Shown here: in pieces, positions 10,258 to 21,495 of the stretch | Numbering within the stretch: position 1 is the first letter of the stretch | Layout: every line of letters starts with the position of its first letter | Assembly (NCBI GenBank): GCA_019058245.1 | Contig: JAHPZJ010000010.1 | Coordinates: 78,224-142,223, forward strand | Length of the DNA: 64,000 bases | DNA from: Promethearchaeota archaeon | GTDB taxonomy: Archaea > Asgardarchaeota > Lokiarchaeia > Sigyniarchaeales > SOKP01 | Direction of reading: 5' to 3' | Position numbers and translations under genes: made by a program | The notes under the pieces: model-generated | Told to the model about the DNA's origin: nothing | Databases searched by the model: none | What the model saw: the letters and a program-made list of their open reading frames with translations, nothing else

Positions 10258-10596
10258 CTACATACTATTTACTTGCTCCCGTAGCAGAGCAATTTTTTTT
10301 ACTAATTCAAATTTTCTTCTATAATTGTAATCCGCTGAATCTAAATGGTTTTGTAAAGATTCTAATTCCTTTAATAATAGATTTTTATAGTCTAGTTTAG
10401 TAAAATGCCCTATATGTTCTGGGAGTGGTTCTATTATTGCTGCTCGTTTTGATCTTAAATCTGAAATTGCTTTTGCCATTTGTGATTGAAATCCTTTTGC
10501 TTGAGTAGGATCTATATGTTCTAATGTATCAAATGAATCTTTCAAACCATCGATGAAAGCTTCTAAATCTTCAATATCAATTTTATCTTTTGCCAT
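10258..10596 (-). CDS. Hypothetical helical protein
   Basis: 112-aa ORF, no recognised motif. Confidence 0.65.
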   Translation of the reverse strand: MAKDKIDIEDLEAFIDGLKDSFDTLEHIDPTQAKGFQSQMAKAISDLRSKRAAIIEPLPEHIGHFTKLDYKNLLLKELESLQNHLDSADYNYRRKFELVKKIALLREQVNSM

Positions 10597-10848
10597 ATAA
10601 AATCGAGGAAAATCTTATTTTATAAAAATATAAGTTCTAGAAAGAAATTAAATATTTATTATTGTTTATTTATGTCAAAAATACAATTTGTTCCTACATA
10701 AACCAATAGTTACTAATTAAAATTAATGATAAAAATTAAAAAAGAAGATATAATCAATATGTTGATGTTTCTCTCTGAAATGAATGGTTTATATGGATTA
10801 AATAAATATTTAAAATTCTATAAAAAATACGTTAATCAAATTTAAAAT

Positions 10849-12771
10849 TTGTTAGGTGGTCTTTTGTCATATAAATCTAATCAAGATACTTCTAATTTGT
10901 TAAAGCAATATCAAGAGAAAAAGGTATCTTTAGATGATGCAATTAAAAAGTATATTAAGCCAGGTGTTCGGATTTTTATCGATTCTGGTTGTTCTGAACC
11001 TATCGATCTTACCAAAAAATTAATTGATCTTGGAATAGAACTTCCTGATGTTGAGATATTACACTTTCTTAGTCTAAGTGATTTAGATTACTATGAAACT
11101 GCTGGTAGTATAGAAGATTTGTTCAGACATAATGCATTTTTCATTGGAAAATCATTACGTAAATATGTTGATGCTGGTCAAGCAGATTATACTCCAATGC
11201 TTCTTTCCGAGATTCCAAAATTATTTAAATCTGGAAGAATGCATTTAGATACAGCTTTAATCCAAGTAAGTCCACCAGATCGTTATGGTTTTTGTAGTTT
11301 TGGAATTAATGTTGATATTGTTAAGCCAATTGCAGAATCAGCGGATTATGTGGTGGCAGAGATCAATCCAAAAATGCCCCGCACTTTGGGTGATTCATTT
11401 ATTCATATGAATGACATTGATGCATTTGTAGTGAGTAATCATGAAATAATTGAATTTAATTATGGTAAACTTGATGATACTTCTACGAGGATTGCTAAAT
11501 TTGTCGCTTCCTTAGTTGAAGATGAATCTACTATTCAGATGGGAATAGGGCAAATTCCTAATGCAGTTACTCAGCAATTAATGGAAAAAAAAGATTTAGG
11601 TGTTCACAGTGAAGTATTTTCCGATGGAATTGTAGATTTAGTAGAAAGCGGTGTAGTTACATGTAAAAAAAAGACGTTACATAAAGATAAGATTATATGC
11701 TCATTTGTTATGGGCTCTAAGAAATTATATGATTTTGTTGACGATAACCCTATGGTGGAATTCCATCCATGTGATTACACCAATAATCCCTCTATAATAA
11801 GTCAAAATAAAAAACAGGTAGCTATAAATGCTGCGTTAAGTGTTGATCTCACTGGACAAGTGAATTCAGATTCTATAGGTTATCGTTTTTATAGTGGAAT
11901 TGGAGGTCAAGTGGATTTTATCAGAGGTGCAGGCAGATCGATAGATGGTAAACCAATTATGACTTTACCTTCTACTGTGACTTTAAAAGATGGTACTGTG
12001 GTGTCTCGAATAGTTCCTTATCTTCAACCAGGTTCAGGAGTAGTAATTACAAGAGGAGATATTCACTATGTAGTAACAGAATGGGGTATAGCATCTCTCT
12101 ATGGAAAAAGTATTAGAGAAAGAGTTCTGGAAATGATAAACATAGCACATCCTGATTTTAGGGAAGAATTACTTGAGCATGCGAAAAAATGGAAGTATAT
12201 TTATTCAGACCAAAAATTGCCAATCTCGATTGATGGAAGAATAAGTATTTATCCAGAAAAATATGAAACTACTCTAAATCTTAAAAATGGAAAAACAATT
12301 AAAATACGACCAGTAAAACCAACAGATGAAAGAATGATTCAAGAACTTCATTATTCTTTGGATGAAAAAGATAGATATTTGAGATTTTTCACCCCTATGA
12401 AAGATTTTCGACATACAAAAATCCAACCAATGGTAAATATTGATTACTCTACAGATATGATTTTGGTATGTGAATTTAGTGAAAAGGAAGAAGAACAAAT
12501 AATTGGGTTAGGTGCATTTTTTAAAACAATTAAGCCTTCTATTGCAGAGTTAGCATTTGTAATTCATAAAAATTGGAGAAGTTTAGGAATATCTAAGTTT
12601 TTATTGAATTATTTGGTACAAATTGGAAAAGAACTTAATTATAGAACATTTACAGGTTCGATTTTACTTGAAAATAAACCAATGCTTCATATAATTAATA
12701 ACTCAGGATATTTACTAAAACTTAAAAGGATTGAGGGGGGAGTTACAAATTTCGCATTTGATCTTTCTTAA
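10849..12771 (+). CDS. Acetyl-CoA hydrolase/4-hydroxybutyrate CoA-transferase family fused to a C-terminal GNAT acetyltransferase
   Basis: QMGIG.IP, HSE, SGIGGQVDF, VVTEWG; C-terminal IRPVKPTD..YLRFF..AELAFVI..WRSLG. Confidence 0.9.
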   Translation: MLGGLLSYKSNQDTSNLLKQYQEKKVSLDDAIKKYIKPGVRIFIDSGCSEPIDLTKKLIDLGIELPDVEILHFLSLSDLDYYETAGSIEDLFRHNAFFIGKSLRKYVDAGQADYTPMLLSEIPKLFKSGRMHLDTALIQVSPPDRYGFCSFGINVDIVKPIAESADYVVAEINPKMPRTLGDSFIHMNDIDAFVVSNHEIIEFNYGKLDDTSTRIAKFVASLVEDESTIQMGIGQIPNAVTQQLMEKKDLGVHSEVFSDGIVDLVESGVVTCKKKTLHKDKIICSFVMGSKKLYDFVDDNPMVEFHPCDYTNNPSIISQNKKQVAINAALSVDLTGQVNSDSIGYRFYSGIGGQVDFIRGAGRSIDGKPIMTLPSTVTLKDGTVVSRIVPYLQPGSGVVITRGDIHYVVTEWGIASLYGKSIRERVLEMINIAHPDFREELLEHAKKWKYIYSDQKLPISIDGRISIYPEKYETTLNLKNGKTIKIRPVKPTDERMIQELHYSLDEKDRYLRFFTPMKDFRHTKIQPMVNIDYSTDMILVCEFSEKEEEQIIGLGAFFKTIKPSIAELAFVIHKNWRSLGISKFLLNYLVQIGKELNYRTFTGSILLENKPMLHIINNSGYLLKLKRIEGGVTNFAFDLS

Positions 12772-12865
12772 TCAAATATTTGGAAAAGGAATTATATTAT
12801 AAAATCAATAAGTTCATTTTTATATTCTTTTTATTGTTAATTACTAAGCAATTCTCCATGATTGT

Positions 12866-13747
12866 ATGTCAAAATTAAGTGAGAAAATATTTATCAATGA
12901 TTTTCATAAGGTATATAAAGAAAAAGGTTTAACCTTAGAAATAATTGAATTATTCAAGAAAATTATTTATGATTATTATAGAAATCATAAGAGAAAATTT
13001 CCTTTTAGGGAAAGAGTTACGCCTTATAATGTTCTTGTTTCTGAAATTATGCTCCAACAGACCCAAACTGGAAGAGTTGTCGAAAAATTTTTGAAATTCA
13101 TACAAAAGTTTCCAGATTTTTTAACATTATCTTCAGCTTCGCTTGAAGAAGTTCTCGGAATATGGAAAGGCTTAGGTTATAATAGAAGAGCAATAGCTTT
13201 AAAAAAAATTGCAGAAATTGTTATTAATGATTTCAATGGAAAATTACCCGATTCTCTTGAAATTTTAAAATCTTTTCCACAAATAGGACATAATACAGCT
13301 TCCTCTATATTAGCATTTGCTTTTAATAAAGCTGTGTTTTTTATTGAAACAAATATAAGAAGAGTATACATTTACTTTTTTTTTCCTGATAAAAATAAAA
13401 TCGAGGATAAAGAGATAATGAGTATAATAAAAAAGACAATAGACAATAATAATCCTCGTAAGTGGTATTATGCCTTAATGGATTATGGTGTTATGTTAAA
13501 AAAAACTCATCCTGAAATAAATAAAAGAAGTGTTCTTTATAGAAAACAATCACCATTTAAAGGATCAACAAGGCAAGTCAGAGGAAAAATCCTAAAACTA
13601 TTAATTAATGAGGGACCGATGGAAATTACTAAAATTCAAGAGCGTTCTAAAATTTTGGATAAAGAGAGAATAAAAAAAATACTCGTTCAATTAAAACAAG
13701 AAGGATTCATCGAGAGTAGAGATGGTATTGTAAAAATTGCTAAATAA
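12866..13747 (+). CDS. MutY-like HhH-GPD DNA glycosylase lacking the Fe-S motif
   Basis: VSEIMLQQTQ, WKGLGYNRRA, PQIGHNTA, ETNIRRV, ALMDYG. Confidence 0.85.
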   Translation: MSKLSEKIFINDFHKVYKEKGLTLEIIELFKKIIYDYYRNHKRKFPFRERVTPYNVLVSEIMLQQTQTGRVVEKFLKFIQKFPDFLTLSSASLEEVLGIWKGLGYNRRAIALKKIAEIVINDFNGKLPDSLEILKSFPQIGHNTASSILAFAFNKAVFFIETNIRRVYIYFFFPDKNKIEDKEIMSIIKKTIDNNNPRKWYYALMDYGVMLKKTHPEINKRSVLYRKQSPFKGSTRQVRGKILKLLINEGPMEITKIQERSKILDKERIKKILVQLKQEGFIESRDGIVKIAK

Positions 13748-13753
13748 ATAGAT

Positions 13754-15070
13754 TTATTTCAATTTCTTAGTTTTTATATAATTAGCTATTTTAATAGCGA
13801 CACTTTCTTGTCTCTTCCAATCTCCAAATGCATTTCCTTTTGAGATAAGGGAAATGATCTCCTTTTTATAGTGATCTTTTATTCTACTAACAGATTTCTT
13901 TTCAAAGGGTGTCTGAGGTAAGGGAATAAAAGAATGAGCATGTATTCGTGCTCCCATACTTGATAATGATTTCATCATTTCTATCGTAAGGTTCATATCT
14001 TCTTCATTTTCTCCTGGTAACCCGAAAATGAAGTCAAGATTAATCTTTAAATTATTTTTTAAAGTTAAATCTACAGCATGATATATATCTTCTACAGTAT
14101 GTCCTCTATGACATAAGTTTAAGATCTTTTGACTGCCTGATTGTACACCTATAGTTATATTATCATTATCAGCATATTTTAAAACTAAAGCTAATGTATC
14201 ATTCGTGACATGTTCTGGTCGTACTTCTGAGGGAAATGTGCCTAAAAATAATCTTCCTTTTTTACCAATTACTTTTCTTACATTAATAAGTAGAGTTTCA
14301 AGTCTCTTCAAATTTAAATTCATTCCATCAATAGAACCATATGAAAACGCATTAGGTGTAATAAATCTTATATCCGTATTATCCCCATAATAATTTTTTA
14401 ATTCTTTAACATATCTGCATATAGCATCAATACTTCTATGGCGAGGTGTGGTTCCTAAAATATAAGGTGTTTGACAGAAATAACATACATAGGGGCATCC
14501 TCTCGTGATCTCAATTGCTCCAAACCTAATATTTTTTACAGGAAATGGCGGATAATTATCTAAATTAATAAAATCTCTTTTACCTGTGAAAATATATTCC
14601 TTGTTTTCATTTAAATAAGCAATTCCCTTGATCATAGAATATTCTTCATTGTTGATAATAATTCGCATAAGTTCTATTATAGTTTCTTCACCTTCACCAA
14701 CCACAACAAAATCAAATCCCATTTTTAGAGTCCCATAGGGATCTCCTGTAGGATGAGAACCACCAGCAATAATCAATAATCTTTTAGTAAATTTTTTTTT
14801 CAATCTTTGAACTAATTCATAGCTTTCAAAAAGTTGAATAGTAGAAAAAGAAATTGCTAACACAATTTGATCATATTTTTCAAATATTCCTTTAAGTGTC
14901 AAGAAAATCTCATTTATAGTCTGAACAAAGTAAAAATCGATACTCTCAAATATTGCATCTGTTTCAAGTGCACCAGCAATAGCATTTAAACTATAAAAAT
15001 TTTGCTTATGATAATAAATTAGAAAAGCGATTTTTTTCAAAGAGGAATTACCAAAATAATATATTTCCAA
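13754..15070 (-). CDS. B12-binding-domain radical SAM protein (MJ_1487-like)
   Basis: AGGSHPT, GEGE, EITRGCPYVCYFCQT, FPSEVRPE. Confidence 0.87.
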   Translation of the reverse strand: MEIYYFGNSSLKKIAFLIYYHKQNFYSLNAIAGALETDAIFESIDFYFVQTINEIFLTLKGIFEKYDQIVLAISFSTIQLFESYELVQRLKKKFTKRLLIIAGGSHPTGDPYGTLKMGFDFVVVGEGEETIIELMRIIINNEEYSMIKGIAYLNENKEYIFTGKRDFINLDNYPPFPVKNIRFGAIEITRGCPYVCYFCQTPYILGTTPRHRSIDAICRYVKELKNYYGDNTDIRFITPNAFSYGSIDGMNLNLKRLETLLINVRKVIGKKGRLFLGTFPSEVRPEHVTNDTLALVLKYADNDNITIGVQSGSQKILNLCHRGHTVEDIYHAVDLTLKNNLKINLDFIFGLPGENEEDMNLTIEMMKSLSSMGARIHAHSFIPLPQTPFEKKSVSRIKDHYKKEIISLISKGNAFGDWKRQESVAIKIANYIKTKKLK

Positions 15071-15238
15071 TAATTTAAAATTATATAATAAAATATTTTG
15101 TAAATTTTATGTATAATTCATTATTTTAACATTAAATGTATTTTTCACATAAAAGCTAAACTCCGATGATTATTTAAATTCATCTTTATATTATTATTTC
15201 AAGATTAAATCAAAAAGAAAAGGTAAAGAACGATAATA

Positions 15239-15703
15239 ATGTTATTCAGTGAATTATTTGCCACGCAAATTGATGAAGTTGGAATTTCATGGTTTGATTT
15301 CTATTCTATAGGGCATATTTGTTTAGGAATTGGTCTCTTTCTATTCTGGTCCTTATTTTATACAATTCCAAAAAAAAAAGGGAGAGTACCAATTTTTTCA
15401 CTTTTGTTTGTTTTTATTCTTACTGTTATATTCGCAATAATTTGGGAGATCATTGAACATGTTATATTCCTCAATCTTGGATTGAAATTTGAAGATAGAC
15501 CTGATAGTTGGCAAAATATGACCACTGACGTAATATTATGCGTAGTTGGCGGTCTTGGAACTTGGCTTTTTGCTTACTTAATATTTGAAAAAGATAAAAG
15601 TGTAATTGGCTATTACATTTTTGGGATTATTGGATTTGGTGTTTGGATTGGCATTTTCATAATTCTGAGATATTTAACTCTACATAACTCACCAATTATA
15701 TAA
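15239..15703 (+). CDS. Hypothetical membrane protein
   Basis: FD..SIGH, WEIIE, DS..N..TD; 4 TM segments. Confidence 0.7.
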   Translation: MLFSELFATQIDEVGISWFDFYSIGHICLGIGLFLFWSLFYTIPKKKGRVPIFSLLFVFILTVIFAIIWEIIEHVIFLNLGLKFEDRPDSWQNMTTDVILCVVGGLGTWLFAYLIFEKDKSVIGYYIFGIIGFGVWIGIFIILRYLTLHNSPII

Positions 15704-15739
15704 TATATTTTTTATTCTATAATTTATATTCCTTATAAA

Positions 15740-16498
15740 ATGTCTGATCTTAGTGAGTTTATTGAATATCAAGAAGGTAATATACCATTAATTATCTCAG
15801 TTCCGCATGGAGGAATATTAGAATGTAATTCTATACCTAATAGAAAATCAGGAGTTTTAGGAATTGATAAAAACACTATAGAATTTTCTAGAAATCTTAT
15901 ATCCCAAATCAGTCGAAGATTTAAAGAGAAAAATTTAGAAGAAAAAAATCCTTATTACATTTTTTCATTGATCAGGAGAAGTAAAATCGATTTAAACCGC
16001 TTTAAAAAAGACGCATATAATCAAGAATCATTTCTAGCTAAGGAAATCTATAATTTCTATCACTCCAAAATCAAATATTGGGTATTAAATAATATAAAGT
16101 GGTATAAACATTCATTCTTGATAGATATTCACGGTTTTGAAAAATATAATCGTCCTCCTGGATTTCGAGATGTTGATATAATTTTAGGTACTAATAATTT
16201 AGAATCATTCTTTCCTGAATCAATTCCGAAAAGAAATTGGGGAAATAATATCCGCGGGAAAATTATTCAAAAATTTCTGGAATTTGACATATCGATTGCT
16301 CCAGGTCATCCAAGAAGGAGAGAATATGTTTTAACTGGAGGTTATATAACACAAACTTATGGTGCTTCTCATATTCCAAAAAGTCAGACAATTCAGATTG
16401 AAATCTCTGACAGAATAAGAATACATAATATAGAATTAAGAAAAATTGCTACTAAAATATTAGTTGATATTTTATTTGAGAATTTAAAGGATTTTTAA
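15740..16498 (+). CDS. N-formylglutamate amidohydrolase-like Zn hydrolase
   Basis: ISVPHGG, IDLNR, IDIHG, DIILGT, GGYIT, IQIE. Confidence 0.8.
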   Translation: MSDLSEFIEYQEGNIPLIISVPHGGILECNSIPNRKSGVLGIDKNTIEFSRNLISQISRRFKEKNLEEKNPYYIFSLIRRSKIDLNRFKKDAYNQESFLAKEIYNFYHSKIKYWVLNNIKWYKHSFLIDIHGFEKYNRPPGFRDVDIILGTNNLESFFPESIPKRNWGNNIRGKIIQKFLEFDISIAPGHPRRREYVLTGGYITQTYGASHIPKSQTIQIEISDRIRIHNIELRKIATKILVDILFENLKDF

Positions 16499-16513
16499 AG
16501 CTCTTATTAAGCT

Positions 16514-17134
16514 TTAACTGTGTAGTGATATGATTCTTCTAGCAATTCGATTAATAAATTTACTCTGCTGAATTTTGCAGATATGGGCAACTTTTTTGTA
16601 ATTAAAGGATTCTGCTAATGTATCTAGGTATGAGATATTATATAAAATTGAAATATTTCTATCATTTTTCATGAATAGCATATCTAATTCTTTCTTAATT
16701 ACAGATTCATGAATATTTAATTTCTTTAAAATCCTTTTTTTTATTTCTCTGATAGCTTCTTCAAAATTAAGATCTCTTATGCTAGATATAATAGAATTTA
16801 ATACAAGGGTGTAAATAATAACTGTGTTAATATTTTCAGCCTCCTTTACAGATTCAAATTTAAACTGAAGGTCTTGATATATTTCTCTTACAAAATTTTC
16901 ATCAATCCCTTTTATTTTTCTAAAGAGCTTAAGAAATTCCAAATATTTTCCTTCTAAAAATAAATTTAAATTTTGATTGAATATATCCTTAAATTTCCTT
17001 ATAATTTGTCCTGAGTTACTTATTTTAAGGGATATTTCGGGTGTCCTACCAGTAATGATATCTTTTCCTTTATAGAATTGTTGATTTATAAGGTTTTCTG
17101 TTCCTTCATACAATTGTTCTAAGACATTTTTTAT
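16514..17134 (-). CDS. Hypothetical protein (TTG 17113, or ATA 17134 behind an AGGTG SD)
   Basis: Long ORF; SD-like AGGTG lies 7 nt before the in-frame ATA. Confidence 0.65.
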   Translation of the reverse strand: MKNVLEQLYEGTENLINQQFYKGKDIITGRTPEISLKISNSGQIIRKFKDIFNQNLNLFLEGKYLEFLKLFRKIKGIDENFVREIYQDLQFKFESVKEAENINTVIIYTLVLNSIISSIRDLNFEEAIREIKKRILKKLNIHESVIKKELDMLFMKNDRNISILYNISYLDTLAESFNYKKVAHICKIQQSKFINRIARRIISLHS

Positions 17135-17426
17135 GGTATAACACCTATACTAAAATTTGTCAATATTTATCTTAATCAAATAATAAAAACGCATAGATTT
17201 AATTCTTTTCATCATCTTATTAAATTTTTTAAAAATAAATTTTAAGTTGAAATATTATAAGAGTAATACAGTCTCTATAAGGTTTTTACTCCACCCTTAT
17301 ATTAAATAACATAGGTTTTTTTAATTTAAACCAAAAAAAAGAATAATTTAAGATTGAAACTGAAAATTAATAAAAAAAAAGAAGATTTCTTTGAAAGCTT
17401 ATAGGTTGTGGCTAGATGATGATTAT

Positions 17427-17873
17427 TTAAAGATCTTCTATAAGATCTTCATATGCTTCCAAAGCCAATTCGACAATCTCTTGGAAAGCCATGGCGTCTT
17501 GAAGATTCCCTTCGACAGTAATATCTCCTGCCATATATGCTGAAGTTGCATCAACTTCTCCCATTAATATTCCAGCTCCTACTTCGAGAGAGGAAGACAT
17601 CGTAAATGAAGGATTCTCCACCTCTCCCTCACCAAAATCAAGATTACCTTCTTTAACTGTTAGCCAGACTTTCTTATCAATATCAGTTAGAATGCTTTGT
17701 ATTGCTATGTCCATATCTTCAAGTTCTTCTTTAAGGTCTTCATTCTCTTTAGAGATTTGCTTAATAAATTCATACATCTGCATAACTTCTTCAGCAGAAG
17801 CACTAGCTGCTCCAGCGTCTTGAGCTACCTTTATTTTCTTTAATAATGATTCGTCAACCATTTTAATTATCAA
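17427..17873 (-). CDS. SCP2 sterol/lipid-binding domain protein (acidic)
   Basis: GEGEVENPSFT, ILMGEVDATSAYMAGDITVEGN. Confidence 0.88.
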   Translation of the reverse strand: MIIKMVDESLLKKIKVAQDAGAASASAEEVMQMYEFIKQISKENEDLKEELEDMDIAIQSILTDIDKKVWLTVKEGNLDFGEGEVENPSFTMSSSLEVGAGILMGEVDATSAYMAGDITVEGNLQDAMAFQEIVELALEAYEDLIEDL

Positions 17874-18182
17874 CCTTTTTATATAATTTTCCTCATTTAT
17901 TTTGGAAATAGTTTATAATAATATTCTATAAATAACAATATTAAAAGGTCATAATGATATAAAAAGGTTTTATTATTTTACTATTCTAACTTTTAAGAGA
18001 ATTATCTGTTTTGCTTGTTAACTAGTAAAATTAATAAAAATTTTTAGAGAATTTAATAGAATAATCAAAAATTGTTAATTTTCGTTTTTGAAGTTATTTT
18101 ACGTTGAAATCTAAAATTTTTAAAGATAATTAGATTATTTTATTCTTTAGACTTATAAGGAATGTGAAGAGTTGTTTCAAAA

Positions 18183-18322
18183 TGGCGCGGCTAGCGGGAT
18201 TTGTCCTATAAAGAATAAAATTCTTTCCAATTGAACCCGCGTCGCAGGAGTGACAGTCCCGAATGCTTTCGATTAAGTAAACAGAAGTGTAATACTTAAA
18301 GACCGGGCTACACTATAGCCGC
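18183..18322 (-). tRNA. tRNA-Asp(GTC), CCA encoded, with two introns (18268-18299 in the D-loop; 18201-18230 in the T-loop)
   Basis: Acceptor stem GCGGCTA/TAGCCGC; anticodon arm CGGGA-CTGTCAC-TCCTG; removing two BHB introns gives a 78-nt cloverleaf. Confidence 0.92.
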
Positions 18323-18496
18323 AAAAAATTATAGGTATTGAATTAAAGGAATAAATGAATATATAAAAATTTTATTTTGCTTATTATTCAATACTTTTAA
18401 TAGAAAGATTTATATTGTTTAAAGTTGATGTAGATTATATAAAATATTTAGGTATAACAATATAATATATTTGAATTAGGAACAGATTTATTAATT

Positions 18497-18934
18497 ATGC
18501 TTAATTCAAAGGGCTTTAGTTCTGTAATCCATGATTTAGAGAATTATAATGAAGAATTTATTGCAGTTTTTGATAAGATCATTAAGTTTTTTGTAAAAAT
18601 ATTCAAGATTGCAGAAGAATTACAAGAAGAAATTGTAGAATATGACGATTTATTTCAAATTATTGTTTCGGATATAAATTTTAATTTCTGGTTAAGTATT
18701 TCTAATGGTTCAATTGTATACAAAAAGGGAATAAACAGAAACGCATCATTAAGAATCATATTTACTAAGGATCTCTTAGTGAGAATTTTAAAACGTGAGA
18801 TCTCTGGAACTGATGCTTTTATGAAAGGATTAATTAAGGCTGATGGAGATCTTTCTCAAGGTTTAAGATTTACAAAATTATTTCGATTATTCTTGAAATA
18901 TTTAAATAATGGATATATAAAACAAAATACCTAA
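18497..18934 (+). CDS. SCP2 domain protein
   Basis: ILKREISGTDAFMKGLIKADGDL. Confidence 0.82.
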   Translation: MLNSKGFSSVIHDLENYNEEFIAVFDKIIKFFVKIFKIAEELQEEIVEYDDLFQIIVSDINFNFWLSISNGSIVYKKGINRNASLRIIFTKDLLVRILKREISGTDAFMKGLIKADGDLSQGLRFTKLFRLFLKYLNNGYIKQNT

Positions 18935-19063
18935 ATTATCATCTATTTATCATTAATTAGATTTAAATCATCAGTAAAATATTCGCTATCTTAATTCAAT
19001 AAAATTTTTTAGAAATAATAGATAGTGAAATGTAACTTGAAATTTTATTTTATGTGTTTTATA

Positions 19064-19138
19064 GGGCTTGTAATCTAGTCTGGATAGGGTGCCCGGCTTC
19101 GGACTGGGATGTCGCAGGTTCGAATCCTGCCAGGCCCA
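19064..19138 (+). tRNA. tRNA-Arg(TCG), no intron
   Basis: GGGCTTG/CAGGCCC acceptor; CCCGG-CTTCGGA-CTGGG; GCAGG-TTCGAAT-CCTGC. Confidence 0.93.
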
Positions 19139-19354
19139 TTTTACTTTGTTAAGAAAAAAAACAATTAATCATTTTTGATAAGAAATTAATCGATGAAAAA
19201 TTATTATTCCTTTGAGGTATCAATTAAATTATTCATTTGAGTTTTTCATTAATTTTTACTGTTTAGATTTTAGTGTAAAATAAGATTTAAATATGCAAAG
19301 CCTACTAAATATGTATAAAAAAAAATATATATTTTTAAATCCGAGGGGGGAAAA

Positions 19355-20236
19355 ATACCGGAGCTTCAGAAAAAGACACCAGAAATGGAAAGATTTGAGA
19401 ATGAAACAGGAAAAAGGGCTATATGGCGTGGAAGTATAACAGAGAGTTTTAAAAAATGGCAAAATGGAGAGGAGGATTTCGAAGCAGATAAAGAAAGAAT
19501 ATCCTTGTATGTATCTAAGAATATAAAAGATGAGTGGTTAAATTTTGCTAGTAATAATGATTATTCTACCTTGTCTAAATTAATTAGAGAAGCTTTAAAG
19601 TTTTTTATTAAATATAGATCAAAAATCATAGTAAAAGATAAAAATTTAGACATCGATCTTTTATCAAGTCTATCCCATGATTTGAAAGAACCTCTAACTT
19701 CAATTAAAGGTTATTTACAACTAATAATTGAATCACATGGAAATAAAGTTGAAGATAAAGTGATATCAATAATAAATAATGTTCTAGGACAATGTACAAT
19801 TCTTGAAAATAAGATTATTGAATATTTAGAGAAATTTGAATATGCAAAAGAAGAGCAAATTGATAGATTCATGGAATATGATATTCTATTAATTGAAGAC
19901 GATGCTGAAACTGTGAGCTTATTAACAAGTTACTTTAAATCATTAGGGATCTCTTGTCAAGGCGTTTTAAGTGGTTTTAGAGGACTTAAAGAACTTAAGA
20001 GACATATTCCAAAACTAATATTACTTGATATCATTTTACCCGATATTAATGGCTATGAGGTTGTAAAAAGAATTAGAACTAATAATAAGTTAAAAGAAAT
20101 ACCAGTATTTTTTTTAACCGCAATTCCACATGTTGAAGTTGAAAAGAAAATACAAGATTTGGGGGTAACAGGCACAATTTTAAAACCTTTTAATTTATCT
20201 GATTTCGATGAAATCCAAGAATATTTAGATAGTTGA
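19355..20236 (+). CDS. Regulator with RHH-like, HisKA and receiver domains (ATG 19385; possible ATA start 19355)
   Basis: RISLYV...TLSKLIREAL; SHDLKEPLTSIKGY; ILLIEDD, LLDIILP, FLTA, KPF. Confidence 0.82.
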   Translation: MPELQKKTPEMERFENETGKRAIWRGSITESFKKWQNGEEDFEADKERISLYVSKNIKDEWLNFASNNDYSTLSKLIREALKFFIKYRSKIIVKDKNLDIDLLSSLSHDLKEPLTSIKGYLQLIIESHGNKVEDKVISIINNVLGQCTILENKIIEYLEKFEYAKEEQIDRFMEYDILLIEDDAETVSLLTSYFKSLGISCQGVLSGFRGLKELKRHIPKLILLDIILPDINGYEVVKRIRTNNKLKEIPVFFLTAIPHVEVEKKIQDLGVTGTILKPFNLSDFDEIQEYLDS

Positions 20237-20467
20237 TAATTCTTAAAGAATATTCTTGCTTTGACATGAAGTAAAAAATTTAATTCTCTTTTTCTCATAT
20301 AAATTTTCAAAAATTAAGAAATAAATGTCGATTAAAGGAGATTTCTTAGTTTTGGATTTTGTTATCAAAAAATGTAATCGTGAATAAAAGAATATTTAAA
20401 TAAGCAATACGTGGTTATATTATTAACACAAAAGATAATTTTTAGCACAAAAAAGTGTTGTAGTTGA

Positions 20468-21286
20468 ATGATAACCATTAATGAAAATTACCCAGAATTA
20501 TTAGACGATAGCCAGATCTTGCAATTACGAGGATTTTGCTTCTCAGAAGCAAATATTAACGGAGAGATCAAGATTATTTTCCAAAAAGGCATTGGTATTA
20601 CACTTACAAAAAAGATTATTGATTTATATAAAAATATTATATTCAAAAAAAGGCAAGGTTATATTAAAGATACAATAGGGAATCTTACTATATATATGCA
20701 ATTCTTTGACTATAAGGAAAATAATAAGATGGTCCTTACCTACATTGATAAAATAGAGAATGATATGAATTACAATGAGTTATATCAACTTTCGTTAAGA
20801 TTATACAATTGTATGAAAGCTAATAAAGCAAGAACGGAAATAGCGCATTTTTGTGAAAGAATTATTGAAATTCCTAAAGCAAGAGGAATAGTTGGAATTT
20901 TTGTTATTGATAAAGCGGGATTCTTATATTTTTCAAAAATTAATAAAAATCGACCGAAAATGGCAGATAATAATTTCCAAATTGCTGGATTTATCTCAGC
21001 CATATTGATTTATTCACAAGATTTCATTGCTAGAGAAGAATACGGAGAAAAGCTTGAAGATATTGACTTAGGAGGTTATCATATGTTCTTAAAAACTAAA
21101 AATAATCTAATATTTGCTTATATTATCGATACTGATAACCATACGGGTAATCTAAAAAGATATATGCAATTGGTAATGGAAGAATTTATAGATAAATATT
21201 ATTTTTCTCACGTGGTTAAATTTAACGGAGATTTATCCCCATTCCATATTTTTGAACAAGTGATTGACCAATATTTCGAAATATGA
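20468..21286 (+). CDS. Protein with a C-terminal longin/roadblock-like domain
   Basis: IFVIDKAG..FSK, IAGFISAI, LEDIDLG, FIDKY, FNGDLSPF pattern. Confidence 0.6.
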   Translation: MITINENYPELLDDSQILQLRGFCFSEANINGEIKIIFQKGIGITLTKKIIDLYKNIIFKKRQGYIKDTIGNLTIYMQFFDYKENNKMVLTYIDKIENDMNYNELYQLSLRLYNCMKANKARTEIAHFCERIIEIPKARGIVGIFVIDKAGFLYFSKINKNRPKMADNNFQIAGFISAILIYSQDFIAREEYGEKLEDIDLGGYHMFLKTKNNLIFAYIIDTDNHTGNLKRYMQLVMEEFIDKYYFSHVVKFNGDLSPFHIFEQVIDQYFEI

Positions 21287-21495
21287 ATATTAAAATTTTT
21301 GTTCAATAATAGTTTTTATTTGATAATATCACAATCTTTTTAATAAATTATCTAAATACTTTTATTTGATCAAGATTTCAAGTTAAAACAACGAGTTATA
21401 TCCAAAATTATTAAATGAAAAACCCATAAATAATATCATAAAGTTTATCATAAAACTTATTAAATTTATTAATACAAAATATTATATATAAAATA

